A stretch of DNA of 64,000 bases from Chloroflexota bacterium (GCA_016191465.1 JACPOP010000008.1:303571-367570), one strand, 5' to 3'. Positions 29,013 to 40,557 are shown, counted from the first letter of the stretch. A program made the numbers and translations. Notes: generated by a model from the sequence alone, not told the origin.

Positions 29013-29963
29013 TCAGACGGGGGCGCCGAACAGAGCGCCCACGGACTCCCCGGTGTGGATCCGCGAGATCGCCTCGCCCAGCAGGAGCGAGACCGACAAG
29101 GAGCGCAGGTTCGCGAGCTGCTTCTCCGGCCCTCGCGCCACCGTGTCCGTGGCAATAATCTCGCGGATGGGCGAGGCGCGCAGGCGCTCGACCGCCGGGC
29201 CAGTCAGGAGGGCGTGCGTGCAGGCGGCGTATACGTCGCGAGCGCCACTGCGCATCACGATGTCGGCCGCGCCGACGATGGAGCCAGCCGTATCGACCTC
29301 GTCGTCGATGACAATGGCGGTTTTGTTGCGAACTTCGCCAATGACGCCCAACTGTTCACTCCGACTATCGTTACCCATGCGGCGCTTCTCCACGAAGGCA
29401 ACAGAGGCGCCGATGAGGTTGGCGAAGTTTCGCGCCCGCTTGGCAAACCCCAGGTCGCCCGCCACCACCACCGGGTCGACGAGCTCCATGCCGCGGATGT
29501 AATCGCACAGCAGGTGCATGGCCGTGAGCTCGTCCACAGGAATGTTGAAGAAACCCTGCACCTGCCCCGCGTGCAGGTCGACCGTCAGCATCCGGTTCGC
29601 GCCCGCGGCCTGAATGACGTCGGCCAGGAGGCGGGCGCTGATCGGCACGCGCGGCTGGTCCTTCTTGTCCGACCGGCCGTACGAGAAGTACGGCACGACC
29701 ACCGTGATGCGACTGGCGGATGCCCGCTTGAACGCGTCGACCATCAGGAGCAGCTCCATGATGGAGTCGCTGACGTTCGGGTAGGTAGGCTGGATCAAAA
29801 AGACGTCGTGCTCGCGGACGTTCTGGTTGATCTTGGGGAAAATGTTCTCGTTGGAGAACTTCACCAGCTCAGCCCGGCCCAGCGGCACCCCCAGGTACCG
29901 GCACACGGCGTGCGCCAGTTCCGGGTGGGCAGAGCCGCTGAAGATAGAAAGATCGCGGTACAC
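29013..29963 (-). CDS. prs: Ribose-phosphate pyrophosphokinase
   Basis: IFSGSAHPELA, FSNEN, VPYFSYGRSDKKD, DLHAGQVQGFF and IDDEVDTAGS. Start moved to GTG 29963. Confidence 0.95.
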   Translation of the reverse strand: MYRDLSIFSGSAHPELAHAVCRYLGVPLGRAELVKFSNENIFPKINQNVREHDVFLIQPTYPNVSDSIMELLLMVDAFKRASASRITVVVPYFSYGRSDKKDQPRVPISARLLADVIQAAGANRMLTVDLHAGQVQGFFNIPVDELTAMHLLCDYIRGMELVDPVVVAGDLGFAKRARNFANLIGASVAFVEKRRMGNDSRSEQLGVIGEVRNKTAIVIDDEVDTAGSIVGAADIVMRSGARDVYAACTHALLTGPAVERLRASPIREIIATDTVARGPEKQLANLRSLSVSLLLGEAISRIHTGESVGALFGAPV

Positions 29964-30130
29964 CGGGGCGGCTCCGCCCCTCTCATAGGCGGGATGGATG
30001 CGCGTCTGCGCCGGGGCGTCCACGACCTGCTGCATAGAGGGGCAGGGTGCAGTATACGGTCGCTCCCGCGTCAGCTCCGGCAATCGTGCCCTCTCCCCGA
30101 TCACCCCCGCGTCACGGAAACGCGGTGCGG

Positions 30131-31186
30131 CTACGAGGTGGACGGAGACAACTGGTGCTGCTGGGCGAGCGCCTGGATCACGCCTTCCACGGCGACGGGT
30201 TCAATCTCCGACGGCGGGGGGCCAAGCGGGTCCTCGGGCGTTCCCCCCAGCAGCACCTGACAGACTGCCTCGGATCCATAGGCGAGTGCGTCGAGGTGGT
30301 ACCCGCCTTCGAGTGCCACCACCAGCTTCCCACCGCACAGCTCATCGGCGAGCGCTTTCGCCGAAGCGATCAGTGGCATAAAGCCACTGCCGATGGAGAG
30401 ACGGAGGCTCGCCAGCGGGTCCGCATAGAAGGCATCAAATCCGAGCGATACGAGCAGGAAGTCGGGACAGAAGCGGCGGACGAGCGGTTCGACCAGGCGC
30501 GAGCGTGCGGCCTGGAAGGCCGCGTCGCCAGCACCGTGCGGGAGCGGCACGTTCACGGTGTACCCGGCGCCCGCACCGGATCCTGTTTCGGACCAGTGCC
30601 CGCTGCCCGGGTAAAACGGGTACTGGTGCGTCGAGATGTACAACACGTCGTCCCTGTCAAAAAACACGTCCTGAGTGCCGTTCCCGTGGTGAACGTCGTA
30701 GTCGAGAATCGCGACACGCCTGGCGTGCCCCGCCTTCAGCAGCCACTCGGCCGCGATCGCTACGTTGCTGAACAGGCAGAAGCCCATCGCCCGGACGGGT
30801 GTGGCATGGTGCCCCGGCGGACGGACGAGGCAGTACGCGTTGTCGAGCGAGCCCTCGGCTACGCGCTGGACCGCTTCGACACACGCGCCGACCGCGCGCA
30901 ATGCCGCATCCCACGAGCCGGCGGAGACGTGCGTATCGGCGTCGATCCAGCCGCCCCCCTGCTGCGCCAGCCGCTCGATCCGCTGAATGTGCTGCTCGGG
31001 GTGAACGAGCCGAAGCGTCTCAAGCGAGCACGCCGCCGGCTCCCACACTCGCAACGCCTGCCAGACCCCGGACCGCTCAAGCTGACGGACAATAGCGCGT
31101 AGACGATCCGGCTGCTCCGGGTGCAGGGGCCCCGTGTCGTGATCGAGGAACGTTGTCGAAAAGGCAAGGCCAGTGAGAGCTGTCAC
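30131..31186 (-). CDS. HDAC/AcuC-family zinc deacetylase
   Basis: HPEQPDRL, RPPGHHA, GFCLFSN, DYDVHHGNGTQ, GFDA..DPL and EGGY. Start moved to GTG 31186. Confidence 0.92.
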   Translation of the reverse strand: MTALTGLAFSTTFLDHDTGPLHPEQPDRLRAIVRQLERSGVWQALRVWEPAACSLETLRLVHPEQHIQRIERLAQQGGGWIDADTHVSAGSWDAALRAVGACVEAVQRVAEGSLDNAYCLVRPPGHHATPVRAMGFCLFSNVAIAAEWLLKAGHARRVAILDYDVHHGNGTQDVFFDRDDVLYISTHQYPFYPGSGHWSETGSGAGAGYTVNVPLPHGAGDAAFQAARSRLVEPLVRRFCPDFLLVSLGFDAFYADPLASLRLSIGSGFMPLIASAKALADELCGGKLVVALEGGYHLDALAYGSEAVCQVLLGGTPEDPLGPPPSEIEPVAVEGVIQALAQQHQLSPSTS

Positions 31187-31315
31187 GGCATCTGCAGAGT
31201 CATCAGTGGCCGGTGATCCGTTGTGAGACGAGGTGCAAGTTCCACGTTCCAAGCGAAGTGGAAACGGCCCCTCATCTCCGGAGGACGAACAACTAACTGA
31301 TCACTGACAACTCGT

Positions 31316-33268
31316 TCAGCTCGTGCTGCTGGCAGCTCCGGGCGAGAGCCGCGGCACGGGCTGGAGCGTCGGGCGCTCGCGGGATCCGGCCTCGGAAGTG
31401 GGAGGGGTTGGCTGCGGCAGCTCGGCTGGCGGCTCAGGGTCGATGGGCGGCTCGCCACGCAGGACACGCTCGAGGTTCTCACCGTCCAGCGTCTCATACT
31501 TGATGAGCGCGCTGGCAAGCGCGTCCAGGATGTCGCGGTGCTCCGTAATCACCTGGACGGCAGTGGCGTAGGCCTCGTCGATGAGGCGCCGGATCTCCTC
31601 GTCGATAGCTTCCGCGACCTTCTCGGAGTAGTTCTTTTGCTCGCCGAAGTCTCGGCCCAGGAAGATCATCTCCTCCTTGTGGCCCAGGGCCACTGGGCCG
31701 AGCCGATCGCTCATGCCGTACTCCTTGACCATCTTGCGTGCGATCTTGGTGGCCTTCTCGATATCGTTCTCGGCACCCGTGCTCATCTCGCCGAAGACCA
31801 CCGTCTCGGCGGCATGCCCTCCCAGCGCGGAAGCGATCATCGCTTCGAACTGGCTCTTCGTCATGTAGTAGCGGTCTTCGGGCGGCAACGAGCGGGTGTA
31901 GCCGCCCATCATGCCGCGCGCGATGATGGTGATCTTGTGGACCGGGTCGTGCCGGTCGAGGTAGTGCATCAGTATCGCGTGCCCGCCCTCGTGGTACGCC
32001 GTGAGCTTCTTCTCCAGCTCCGACATCACCCGGCTCTTGCGCTCGGGACCGGCGATCACCCGATCAATGGCCTCTTCGAGCTCGAGCATGCCGATGCTCT
32101 TCTTGTTACGCCTGGCTGCCAGGATGGCGCCCTCGTTGATGAGATTGGCCAGATCCGCGCCTGAGAAGCCAGGGGTGACCTTCGCCAGCGTGCCCAGCTC
32201 GACCGTCTTGTCGAACGGCTTGCCTCTCCCGTGCACCTCGAGGATGGCCTTGCGGCCATTGATATCCGGGTTCGGGAGGATCACCTGGCGGTCGAAGCGG
32301 CCCGGGCGCAGGAGCGCGGGGTCGAGGACGTCAGGCCGGTTCGTGGCGGCAATGACGATCACGTTGGTGTTGCCGTCAAAGCCATCCATTTCCACCAGGA
32401 TCTGGTTAAGGGTCTGCTCGCGCTCGTCGTGCGAGCCGCCGAGGCCCGCGCCGCGCTGGCGTCCGACCGCGTCGATCTCGTCGACGAACACGATGCAGGG
32501 GGCATTCCGCTTGGCCTGGTCGAACAGGTCGCGCACGCGGCTGGCTCCGACACCGACGAACATCTCCACGAACTCGGAGCCGGAAATGCTGAAGAAGGGT
32601 ACCCCAGCCTCGCCGGCAACTGCGCGTGAGAGGAGCGTCTTCCCCGTCCCAGGGGGGCCGACCAGCAGCGCGCCCTTCGGAATGCGCGCGCCCAGCGCCG
32701 AGAACTTCTCCGGGTACTTCAAGAACTCTACGACTTCCTGGAGCTCCTGCTTCGCCTCTTCCACGCCGGCAACGTCCGCAAACGTGATGGTCGGCTTGTT
32801 GCCCATGAACATCCGCGCCCGGCTCTTGCCAAACGAGAGCGCCTGGTTATTGGAGCCCTGGGCCTGGCGCATCATGAACAGCAGTACTGCGCCAAAGAAG
32901 ACGAGTGGAAGCAGGTTGATGAGGATGCCGAAGATGTTGCTGAACTGCGGCGGGTCCTTCACCTGGTACGACACGTCCTGCATCTGCTCGGGTGTGACGC
33001 CGTAAACCCGCAGCAGCTCAAGGGGGTTCGTATCGCGCGAGAAGCGGAACGTGTACTGCTGGTCATTCTTCCGCGTCACAAGGGCCCGGTCGTCGGTGAC
33101 CTCGATCGCCTTGATCTCGCCACTCTTCACGTACTGCGCGAGCTCATTAACCGGGATGGTCTTGATCTCGCGACCGCCGCCCTGCTGCACCACCGTGAAG
33201 AACAGGGCGATGATGGCGACGAGGATGATGAGATAGACGAAGCTGTTACGCAGCCACTTGGTATCCAT
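31316..33268 (-). CDS. ftsH: ATP-dependent zinc metalloprotease FtsH
   Basis: Two TM helices, [26 protein letters not shown] and HEGGH. Start at ATG 33268. Confidence 0.98.
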   Translation of the reverse strand: MDTKWLRNSFVYLIILVAIIALFFTVVQQGGGREIKTIPVNELAQYVKSGEIKAIEVTDDRALVTRKNDQQYTFRFSRDTNPLELLRVYGVTPEQMQDVSYQVKDPPQFSNIFGILINLLPLVFFGAVLLFMMRQAQGSNNQALSFGKSRARMFMGNKPTITFADVAGVEEAKQELQEVVEFLKYPEKFSALGARIPKGALLVGPPGTGKTLLSRAVAGEAGVPFFSISGSEFVEMFVGVGASRVRDLFDQAKRNAPCIVFVDEIDAVGRQRGAGLGGSHDEREQTLNQILVEMDGFDGNTNVIVIAATNRPDVLDPALLRPGRFDRQVILPNPDINGRKAILEVHGRGKPFDKTVELGTLAKVTPGFSGADLANLINEGAILAARRNKKSIGMLELEEAIDRVIAGPERKSRVMSELEKKLTAYHEGGHAILMHYLDRHDPVHKITIIARGMMGGYTRSLPPEDRYYMTKSQFEAMIASALGGHAAETVVFGEMSTGAENDIEKATKIARKMVKEYGMSDRLGPVALGHKEEMIFLGRDFGEQKNYSEKVAEAIDEEIRRLIDEAYATAVQVITEHRDILDALASALIKYETLDGENLERVLRGEPPIDPEPPAELPQPTPPTSEAGSRERPTLQPVPRLSPGAASSTS

Positions 33269-33387
33269 GGACGCTCGTTTCACTTCCTCCCGCGTGGGTT
33301 CCAGGAGTGCTCGGTGTGAGGTGGGTGGTGGTCGCGTGCAGGGCGCACGCGGGAGGTGGTCGCGGGTATACCCGCGGCTGCGCTTCC

Positions 33388-33393
33388 ATTATA
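33388..33393 (-). promoter_or_regulatory. Candidate -10 box for ftsH
   Basis: TATAAT on the minus strand, about 120 nt upstream of the ftsH start; no clear -35 box. Confidence 0.5.
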
Positions 33394-33445
33394 GGTGTCC
33401 TCATTCACCGCCCCTGTCGAATCCGACCAGTCGTCCGCGCGCAGG

Positions 33446-34537
33446 TCAAGCTCCTGCAAGGTTGAGCCCCTCCCGCGCCTCCAGGTACAGCCGCTCGCGC
33501 TCTGCGCGGAGGCGCAGTCCGCCCGGCAAGTCGTAGCTTCGACGGCCGGCCCGAACTGGCGTCACGAAGTCGAGTGCATCGTCGAGGGCGCCCAGCGAGA
33601 CGTTGACCAGCGTTCCGCGCAGGGTGCGGATGCCCTCGCGCAGCAGCCTGCGCTGGAGCCCGCGCGGCAACGCACTCCAGGCGGTGCGCGGGTAGGAGAT
33701 CGGCCCGGTCTCTGTCGCGCAGGCCAGGCGGGCGTGAAGGTCTTCCGTGATGGAGCGAAGGCTCTCCTCGTCCTCCGCCAGCAGCCCAGCCGTGCGGCTC
33801 AGGACCCGACGGATCGCGGGGTTGAACGCTTCGAGTGCAGGCAGCAGGTCGAGGCGCACCCGGTTCCGGGTGTACGCGCGCAGGCGGTTGGACGGGTCTT
33901 CGATCACGGGAAGGCCGTACATCTGACAGTAGGCCAGTGTCGTGCGGCGCTCCACGCCTAGCAAGGGACGGGCCAGCCACGTCCCCGGCTGTGGCGGTTG
34001 GCCAAGGTGCTCCACCGCCGGTCCCCAGGCGCTTGGTTCCACCAGCGCCCATGTCCTCATACCGACCAGGCCAGCACTGCCGCTGCCCCGTAGGAGATGG
34101 AGCAGCAATGTCTCGGCCTGATCGTCCGCGGTGTGCCCCACGAAGATCGCGGCGGCATCGAGGCGCGCAGATGCGACCGCCAGCGCCTGGTACCGTGCAC
34201 CGCGCGCCGCCAGTTGGACCGACGTACCACGCCCGAGCCGCCGCCGATGCGCGGGCACATCCACCCGAACAACCTCCACCCGCGTGCCGAGCCGCTCGCC
34301 AAGCGCCCGAACCTGCTCAGAATCCGCGGCTGACGTCGCTCGGAGGGCATGGTCGACATGGACAGCGACGACGGTCCAGCCCAGCGCACTGTTCCGCAGC
34401 GCGTGCAGCAGGCACAGTGAATCCTGCCCGCCGCTCAATCCGACCACCACCCGCGCACCGCGTGGCGGGAACGGCGATTGGGCTGCCGCGTGGCGGAGCG
34501 CTGCCCGGACCTCAGCGGAAGGAGACGGGCGCGCCAC
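33446..34537 (-). CDS. tilS: tRNA(Ile)-lysidine synthetase
   Basis: GLSGGQDS, HVDHALR, ARGARY, GHTADDQAETLLL, RPLL, EDPSN and RNRVR. Start approximate. Confidence 0.92.
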   Translation of the reverse strand: MARPSPSAEVRAALRHAAAQSPFPPRGARVVVGLSGGQDSLCLLHALRNSALGWTVVAVHVDHALRATSAADSEQVRALGERLGTRVEVVRVDVPAHRRRLGRGTSVQLAARGARYQALAVASARLDAAAIFVGHTADDQAETLLLHLLRGSGSAGLVGMRTWALVEPSAWGPAVEHLGQPPQPGTWLARPLLGVERRTTLAYCQMYGLPVIEDPSNRLRAYTRNRVRLDLLPALEAFNPAIRRVLSRTAGLLAEDEESLRSITEDLHARLACATETGPISYPRTAWSALPRGLQRRLLREGIRTLRGTLVNVSLGALDDALDFVTPVRAGRRSYDLPGGLRLRAERERLYLEAREGLNLAGA

Positions 34538-34562
34538 ACTGCCAGGGTACGCGCGCCACGTG

Positions 34563-34994
34563 CTATCGCTCGGCCGGCGGTGGACCAAAGAAGAGGTCAC
34601 GCCACTGCTGCCACGGGGGCGGAGCGGGCGGCGCGTTGGGTGCGGGCGGTGGTGGTGGCGTCACGGCGCCGCTGCCAACGGTGGCGAGGGCCCGGTCTCC
34701 GGGGCGAACGAGGCCAAGCTGTTCTCGGGCAATTGCCTCAATAGCAGCATCGGTGCGCGCGTATTCCAGGTCAGCCTGAAGCTTCAGATTCTCGGCGCGT
34801 AGCGCGACTACCTCGTCGCTGAGTCCGTCTGCCTGCTGATTGAGACGGAAGTTGTCCATGGCCTTCTGACCGGTTGCGTACAGGCCATACATGACGAGCG
34901 GTAGCAGAAGCAGCAGGACGAGCCGTCCGAGAATGGGCCCGGCAAGGGCCGCCGAACGGGAGCCCCGAACGGAGTCGAGCTGTCCCCGCAGCAT
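34563..34994 (-). CDS. ftsB: Septum formation initiator (FtsB/DivIC family)
   Basis: TM helix, coiled coil, IEAIAREQLGLVRPGD; sits upstream of tilS-ftsH. Confidence 0.75.
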   Translation of the reverse strand: MLRGQLDSVRGSRSAALAGPILGRLVLLLLLPLVMYGLYATGQKAMDNFRLNQQADGLSDEVVALRAENLKLQADLEYARTDAAIEAIAREQLGLVRPGDRALATVGSGAVTPPPPPAPNAPPAPPPWQQWRDLFFGPPPAER

Positions 34995-36175
34995 CAGGGA
35001 GTCGCTCGACCCGGCTCGAATGTCTCGGCCGCGCGGACGCGCGAAGCCAGCGACGGATGGGTGCCCAGCAGGAGCTCAGCCCACCTGGGGGGCTGCATCT
35101 CGGCCAGGTTCTGCTGCCCGAGCCGCCGCATGGCGGAAGCGAACGCCCGCGGCTGGCCCGTCACGCGAAGCGCGAACTGGTCCGCGCGTGCTTCGGCGCG
35201 GCGAGAGACCACGTTGAGGAGCGGAGCGCTCAACACGCTCCAGAGACCCGCGAGCGCCAGCACCTGTGGGTACGCGGGCACGTAGCCGAGCGTCGGCTGG
35301 CTCAGCACGGGGAGCAGCCGCGGCCCGCCCCAGGCGGCGAGCGCCAGACCAACCCAGAGCGAGAGGAGATGGACGAGGAGGAGGCGTGGAACGTCGCGGT
35401 GGACGTGGTGGCCAAGCTCATGGGCGACCACGGCATCCACCTCGTCGGCGGGGAAGGACGCCAGCAACGTGTCGGAGACCACCACACGCCGAGAACGCCC
35501 AATGCCGAGGACTGCCGCGTTACCGTCTGCCGTGCGACGCGAGAAATCGAGCGTGCATACCTCGCGGACCCGGGCGCCTGCCCGCTCCGACAGCGCTTCT
35601 ATGCGTTGCCGCACATTCGCGTCGTCCACGGGCCGCATCCGGAAGAACAGCGGCACGATGACGTATGGGGCAATGAACGTGAGCGACACCCCGGCGAGCG
35701 AATACCCGCTCGCCACCACGACCCACCACCGTTCGCCCCATTGAGCGAAGGACCAGTAGAACCAGCCCGCGGCAAGCACGGCGAACAGCACACCCAGGGC
35801 CATGGACTTTGTCCAATCGGCAAGCCACCCTGGGAAGCTCTGACGCGACTGACCAACAGCCTGGGGGAGGACATGACCCCCGTACCAGGCAAGCGGGAGG
35901 TCGACGAGAGAGATCGCGACGTGCAGCAGCCCCAGAAACAGCATGGCCCGTATGGCTAACGGCCACTCGGTCGCGGCGAGTGCGTACCACGCGCCTTCAC
36001 TGGCTCCACTCCAGTAACCGGCCAGCGGTACCAGCAGGGAGAGCGCGAGGTTGGCCAGGTACAGGCGACGCCGTGCGGCTCCATACGCGCGCGCGAGTGC
36101 CTGCCGGTCCGGTGGATCCAGCACGCTGTTCATGTCCAGGGGCACCTCAGCACTCGACGCGATCGCCGCGACCAT
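34994..36175 (-). CDS. M48-family (Ste24/HtpX-like) membrane metallopeptidase
   Basis: Multiple TM helices, GNAAVLG, VVAHELGH (HExxH), EARADQFAL and HPSLASRV. Start approximate (36175 or 36133). Confidence 0.88.
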   Translation of the reverse strand: MVAAIASSAEVPLDMNSVLDPPDRQALARAYGAARRRLYLANLALSLLVPLAGYWSGASEGAWYALAATEWPLAIRAMLFLGLLHVAISLVDLPLAWYGGHVLPQAVGQSRQSFPGWLADWTKSMALGVLFAVLAAGWFYWSFAQWGERWWVVVASGYSLAGVSLTFIAPYVIVPLFFRMRPVDDANVRQRIEALSERAGARVREVCTLDFSRRTADGNAAVLGIGRSRRVVVSDTLLASFPADEVDAVVAHELGHHVHRDVPRLLLVHLLSLWVGLALAAWGGPRLLPVLSQPTLGYVPAYPQVLALAGLWSVLSAPLLNVVSRRAEARADQFALRVTGQPRAFASAMRRLGQQNLAEMQPPRWAELLLGTHPSLASRVRAAETFEPGRATP

Positions 36176-36188
36176 GACGAACGCGGTG

Positions 36189-37235
36189 CTACTTCGTCCA
36201 GGTGACGCCGGACGGTGCATCCAGCCCAATGTCGCGCGTGACCTGGCGCGGGTCACGCGCCTCGAGGCCCCCGTCGGGCTTCTGAACGACGTCCACCACC
36301 CACACTTCGAAAGTTCCGCTCTCGGCAGAGAGGTAGGCCAGCCGGCGGCCGTCGGGCGACCACTCCGGCGCACGCGCCATGGTCACATTCGTCAGCCGAG
36401 CCTGCTGGGTGCCATCGGCGCGCATCGCGTACACATTGACCTGGCGTCCCTCTCGAGCCGAGTAGGCGATCCAGGCACCATCGGGCGACCAGGCGGGATC
36501 GAGCGCGCCCGCGGCGTAATTGGTCAGGACCGTCGCCCCCGGACGAGCAGAGGCGTTCATGGGCACCGTGGCAATCTGGCTGGTGCCAACGCCAATGAAC
36601 GCCGCCACGGCCACCCGCGACCCATCGGGGGACCAGGCGATGGCGTCGATGGCCCAGGCATTCAACCCCGTCTGGACCTGTCGACGACCGGTCCCGTCGG
36701 CCGCGTTCAGCACCCATAACAGCGGGTTGGCCGAGCTGGTGTCCGACGCGTACGCGATCTGTCGGCCATCCGGCGACCAGGCCGGGCGAAGGTTCCAGTC
36801 GTTGTCATTCAGGATCTGGGACTGGGACGTTGTCAGCCGCCGTGGCGCCTTGTTCTCGACATCGGTCACGAAGATGTCGGAGAAGGAGTTGCCCCGGTAG
36901 ACGTACACGAACCGGGCGCCGTCGGGCGCCCACTTCGGCTGCCGCCAGGTGTACCCCACGGCAAGTGCCCTGGCAGCGCCCTTCTCCCAGATCCACAGGT
37001 CGCCCTGCTGCGTAAAGAGCAGCCTGCCCTCGAGCGTGGAGCCGCCGCCAAAGAGCTGGGCAATGGGTGCGCTAGGAACAATCGCGCCGGTGCGTGGAGC
37101 ATCCGCCGAGGGGGGCGACGTCGCCACCTCCGCGGACGCGACGTCGGCCCGCGGTAGCGCGTTTGGGCCGCACGCCACGACCAGCAATGCCATGGCCAGG
37201 GCGCCGATGAAGGGGGCCCAGCGACGCCCGGACAT
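36189..37235 (-). CDS. TolB-like PD40-repeat beta-propeller lipoprotein
   Basis: Lipobox VVAC and repeated P(x)WSPDG motifs (PKWAPDG, PAWSPDG, AWSPDG, PAWSPDG, PEWSPDG). Confidence 0.82.
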   Translation of the reverse strand: MSGRRWAPFIGALAMALLVVACGPNALPRADVASAEVATSPPSADAPRTGAIVPSAPIAQLFGGGSTLEGRLLFTQQGDLWIWEKGAARALAVGYTWRQPKWAPDGARFVYVYRGNSFSDIFVTDVENKAPRRLTTSQSQILNDNDWNLRPAWSPDGRQIAYASDTSSANPLLWVLNAADGTGRRQVQTGLNAWAIDAIAWSPDGSRVAVAAFIGVGTSQIATVPMNASARPGATVLTNYAAGALDPAWSPDGAWIAYSAREGRQVNVYAMRADGTQQARLTNVTMARAPEWSPDGRRLAYLSAESGTFEVWVVDVVQKPDGGLEARDPRQVTRDIGLDAPSGVTWTK

Positions 37236-37248
37236 AACCGCTGGGATG

Positions 37249-40200
37249 CTACGCGCGGCTTCCGGCCTGGGCAAGGAACGGCCGTGTCACGGAGCGGTAC
37301 TCCTCGACGGTGAGCACGCGCGGTGGTGCGCTGGAGTCCACACCGGAGAGCGCGGCCCGGAGCGTGTCCAGGCTGGTGAAGCACGGGATTCGGCGCTCGG
37401 TGGCCGCGCGACGGATGGTGAACCCGTCTCGCAGCGGCCGGCGGTCGCCGGTAACCGTGTTCACCACGGCCTTGACGCGCCCCGAGACCACCGCGTCCAG
37501 CATATTGGGGTGGCCTTCGTCCAGCTTCTTCGTGATCATCTCCACCTGGAGGCCCTGAGTGCGGAGGAAGCGAGCGGTGCCCTCCGTCGCCAGCAGGTCA
37601 AATCCAAGCTCGGCCAGACGCCTCGCGAGGGGTGCCGCCTCTTCCTTGTCGTGGTTGGCCACCGAGATCAGCACCCCGGAACCGGGTGCGTTGCGTGGCA
37701 GCCCCATGCCCGAGGCGAGAAGCGCCTTCTCGAGGGCCTCGGCGGCGGTGACGCCAAGGCCCATCACCTCTCCCGTGGACTTCATCTCCGGACCGAGGTA
37801 CGTGTCCACGGCCGTCAGCTTGGACATCGAGAACACCGGCGCCTTCGCCGCCACGAAGCTCGTCGGCACCGGCCACAGCCCCGTGCCGTAGCCCATTGTC
37901 GCCAGCGGCTCGCCGAGCCCGGCGCGCACCGCCAGGTCCACCATGGGAACCGTCGTCACCTTCGACAGGAACGGCACCGTCCGGCTGGCCCGCGGGTTCA
38001 CCTCGATGATGTAGACCTCGCCCGCGTACACCACGAACTGGATGTTGAAGAGGCCCTTCACGCCCAGGCCGCGCCCAATTTCCGTGGTGTACTCGACCAG
38101 CTTTTCGACCTGCTCGGGCGGCAGGTTCTGGGCGGGATACAGCGCGACGCTGTCGCCCGAGTGAACGCCAGCCCGCTCGACGTGCTCCATGATCCCGGGG
38201 ATCAAGACGTCTTCGCCATCGCAGATGGCGTCGACCTCGACCTCGACACCCTCGAGGTACTTGTCGACGAGCAGCGGGTGCTTGCCAGAGACCTCCTTCG
38301 CCACCCGCGCGAACGCGCGAAGCTCGGCGGAGTTACGGCAAATCTCCATCGCTCGTCCGCCCAGGACGTACGAAGGCCGCACGAGCACCGGGTACCCGAG
38401 GTACTCCGCTTCACGTACCGCCTCCTCAGGCGAGCCGACGATGGCACCCGGCGGTTGCGGGATGCCCAGTCGATTCATGAGGTCGCTGAACTTGTCCCGG
38501 TCCTCCGCCACGTCGATCGCCTGGAGGTCGGAGCCCAGCAGCGAGTGGCCCGCGTGGGTCAGCGGCTCGGCCAGATTGATCGCGGTCTGTCCGCCGAACT
38601 GGGCCAGGATGCGGGGCGATCCTTCGCCGGCGGTCTCGTTGTCCAGGATGTCCCGGACAGACTCCTCGTCTAACGGCTCGAAGTAGAGGCGGCTGGAAGC
38701 GTCGAAGTCCGTGCTGACGGTCTCCGGGTTCGAGTTGATCATGATGCTCTGGACGCCGCGCTCGCGGAGGGCGTCGGCAGCACGGACCGAGCAGTAGTCG
38801 AACTCGATGCCCTGGCCAATACGAATGGGGCCCGAACCGAGCACGACCACCTTCTGCCCTTCGAGTGGCAGAGCCTCGTTTTCGGATTCATACGTCCCGT
38901 AGAAGTAGGGCGTGGCCGCGGCAAACTCGGCAGCGCAGGTGTCCACCATCTTGTACGTCGGCAGAATGCCCCAGGAGCAGCGTTGGTCCCGCACGCGGTC
39001 CGGCAGCTCGTCGGCCAGGGCGCCGATCTGCCGGTCGGAGAAGCCCAACCGCTTGGCGCGCCGGATCAAGCCCGGCGTTAGCTTCTCGGCACCCAGCAGG
39101 GTCCGCTCCGCCTCCACGATCGCCAGCAGCTTGTGGAGGAAGAACGGGTCCATCCCAGACCATCCGGCAAGCAGCTCCGGTGACTTCCCGCGGCGCAAGG
39201 CGGCCATGAGCGCCCAGAGCCGCAGGTCATTCGGCTCGCGGATGAGCCGCTCCACCTGGGCATCACCCTCCGGCTCCGCCCAACCAGGGTCTTCCCACAG
39301 GAGATCCCGGTTGCGCATCTCCAGCGACCGCACGGCCTTCTGGAGCGCGGCTTCGAAGCAGCGGTCGATCGCCATCGCTTCCCCGGTCGACTTCATCTGG
39401 GTGCCGAGTCGGCGATCGCCATCAGGGAACTTGTCGAACGGCCAGCGCGGGATCTTCACCACGAGGTAATCGAGCGAGGGCTCGAAGGCCGCCGTCGTGC
39501 GCCGGGTCACGGCGTTTGGAATCTCGTCAAGCCGCTTTCCGACAGCGATTTTCGCCGTCACCCGCGCAATCGGGTACCCCGTGGCCTTGGACGCAAGCGC
39601 CGATGATCGCGACACGCGCGGGTTGACCTCGACCACCACGTAGCGACGGGATTTGGGGTCCAGACCAAACTGCACGTTGCAGCCGCCGATCACGCCCAGC
39701 GCCCGAATGATCCGCAGCGCCGCCGAGCGCAGCATCTGGTACTCGCGATCCGACAGCGTCTGTGAAGGCGCCACCACGATGGAGTCGCCGGTGTGGACCC
39801 CCATCGGGTCCATGTTCTCCATGTTGCAGATGGTGATGCAGGTGTCGGAGGCATCCCGCATCACCTCGTACTCGATCTCCTTCCAGCCAAGCAGCGAACG
39901 CTCGACAAGCACCTGGCCCACGGGGCTCGCAGCAATGCCGCCCGCCGTAATAGCCCGTAGCTGCTCGCGCGTGAACGCGCTGCCACCACCGGTGCCGCCC
40001 AGCGTGAACGCCGGACGGATGATGAGCGGCAGGCCGATCTGATCCGCGAACGCCTCGGCCTGCTCGACGGTCGTGGCGATCACGCTCTCCGCGACCGGCT
40101 CGCCAATCTCCTGGAGCAGCTTCTTGAACAGCTCGCGGTCCTCGGCGGTGCGGATCGACTCGATGGGGGTGCCGAGGATTTTCACCTTGTATCGCTCCAG

Positions 40201-40557
40201 CACACCCGCGTCGGCGAGCGCTACCGCCAGGTTGAGCCCGGTCTGGCCGCCGAGCCCCGCGAGCAGCGCGTCGGGCCGCTCGCGCCGAATGATGAGCTCC
40301 AGGTACTCCACCGTGAGCGGCTCCACGTACGTGCGATCGGCCACGCCGGGGTCGGTCATGATGGTTGCCGGGTTGGAGTTGACGAGGATGGTCCGGTAGC
40401 CCTCCTCGCGCAGCGAGCGACAGGCCTGCGTTCCGGCGTAATCGAATTCGGCAGCCTGGCCGATGATGATGGGCCCCGAGCCGATGACCAGGACACTCGG
40501 CCGCTTTTCCCCGTCCCCGTCCGTCCGCGGCGGGGTATGCCTCGTGGGGCCGCTCAT
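37249..40557 (-). CDS. carB: Carbamoyl-phosphate synthase large subunit
   Basis: [40 protein letters not shown], second ATP-grasp unit [15 protein letters not shown], and a C-terminal MGS domain. Confidence 0.98.
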   Translation of the reverse strand: MSGPTRHTPPRTDGDGEKRPSVLVIGSGPIIIGQAAEFDYAGTQACRSLREEGYRTILVNSNPATIMTDPGVADRTYVEPLTVEYLELIIRRERPDALLAGLGGQTGLNLAVALADAGVLERYKVKILGTPIESIRTAEDRELFKKLLQEIGEPVAESVIATTVEQAEAFADQIGLPLIIRPAFTLGGTGGGSAFTREQLRAITAGGIAASPVGQVLVERSLLGWKEIEYEVMRDASDTCITICNMENMDPMGVHTGDSIVVAPSQTLSDREYQMLRSAALRIIRALGVIGGCNVQFGLDPKSRRYVVVEVNPRVSRSSALASKATGYPIARVTAKIAVGKRLDEIPNAVTRRTTAAFEPSLDYLVVKIPRWPFDKFPDGDRRLGTQMKSTGEAMAIDRCFEAALQKAVRSLEMRNRDLLWEDPGWAEPEGDAQVERLIREPNDLRLWALMAALRRGKSPELLAGWSGMDPFFLHKLLAIVEAERTLLGAEKLTPGLIRRAKRLGFSDRQIGALADELPDRVRDQRCSWGILPTYKMVDTCAAEFAAATPYFYGTYESENEALPLEGQKVVVLGSGPIRIGQGIEFDYCSVRAADALRERGVQSIMINSNPETVSTDFDASSRLYFEPLDEESVRDILDNETAGEGSPRILAQFGGQTAINLAEPLTHAGHSLLGSDLQAIDVAEDRDKFSDLMNRLGIPQPPGAIVGSPEEAVREAEYLGYPVLVRPSYVLGGRAMEICRNSAELRAFARVAKEVSGKHPLLVDKYLEGVEVEVDAICDGEDVLIPGIMEHVERAGVHSGDSVALYPAQNLPPEQVEKLVEYTTEIGRGLGVKGLFNIQFVVYAGEVYIIEVNPRASRTVPFLSKVTTVPMVDLAVRAGLGEPLATMGYGTGLWPVPTSFVAAKAPVFSMSKLTAVDTYLGPEMKSTGEVMGLGVTAAEALEKALLASGMGLPRNAPGSGVLISVANHDKEEAAPLARRLAELGFDLLATEGTARFLRTQGLQVEMITKKLDEGHPNMLDAVVSGRVKAVVNTVTGDRRPLRDGFTIRRAATERRIPCFTSLDTLRAALSGVDSSAPPRVLTVEEYRSVTRPFLAQAGSRA

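Noticed and set aside
31291-31311. Three degenerate heptamers (aactaac tgatcac tgacaac) after ftsH
   Set aside because: Too short and degenerate, with no inverted partner.
33305-33311. CIRCE half-site (GAGTGCT) upstream of ftsH
   Set aside because: The second half-site at 9-nt spacing is missing.
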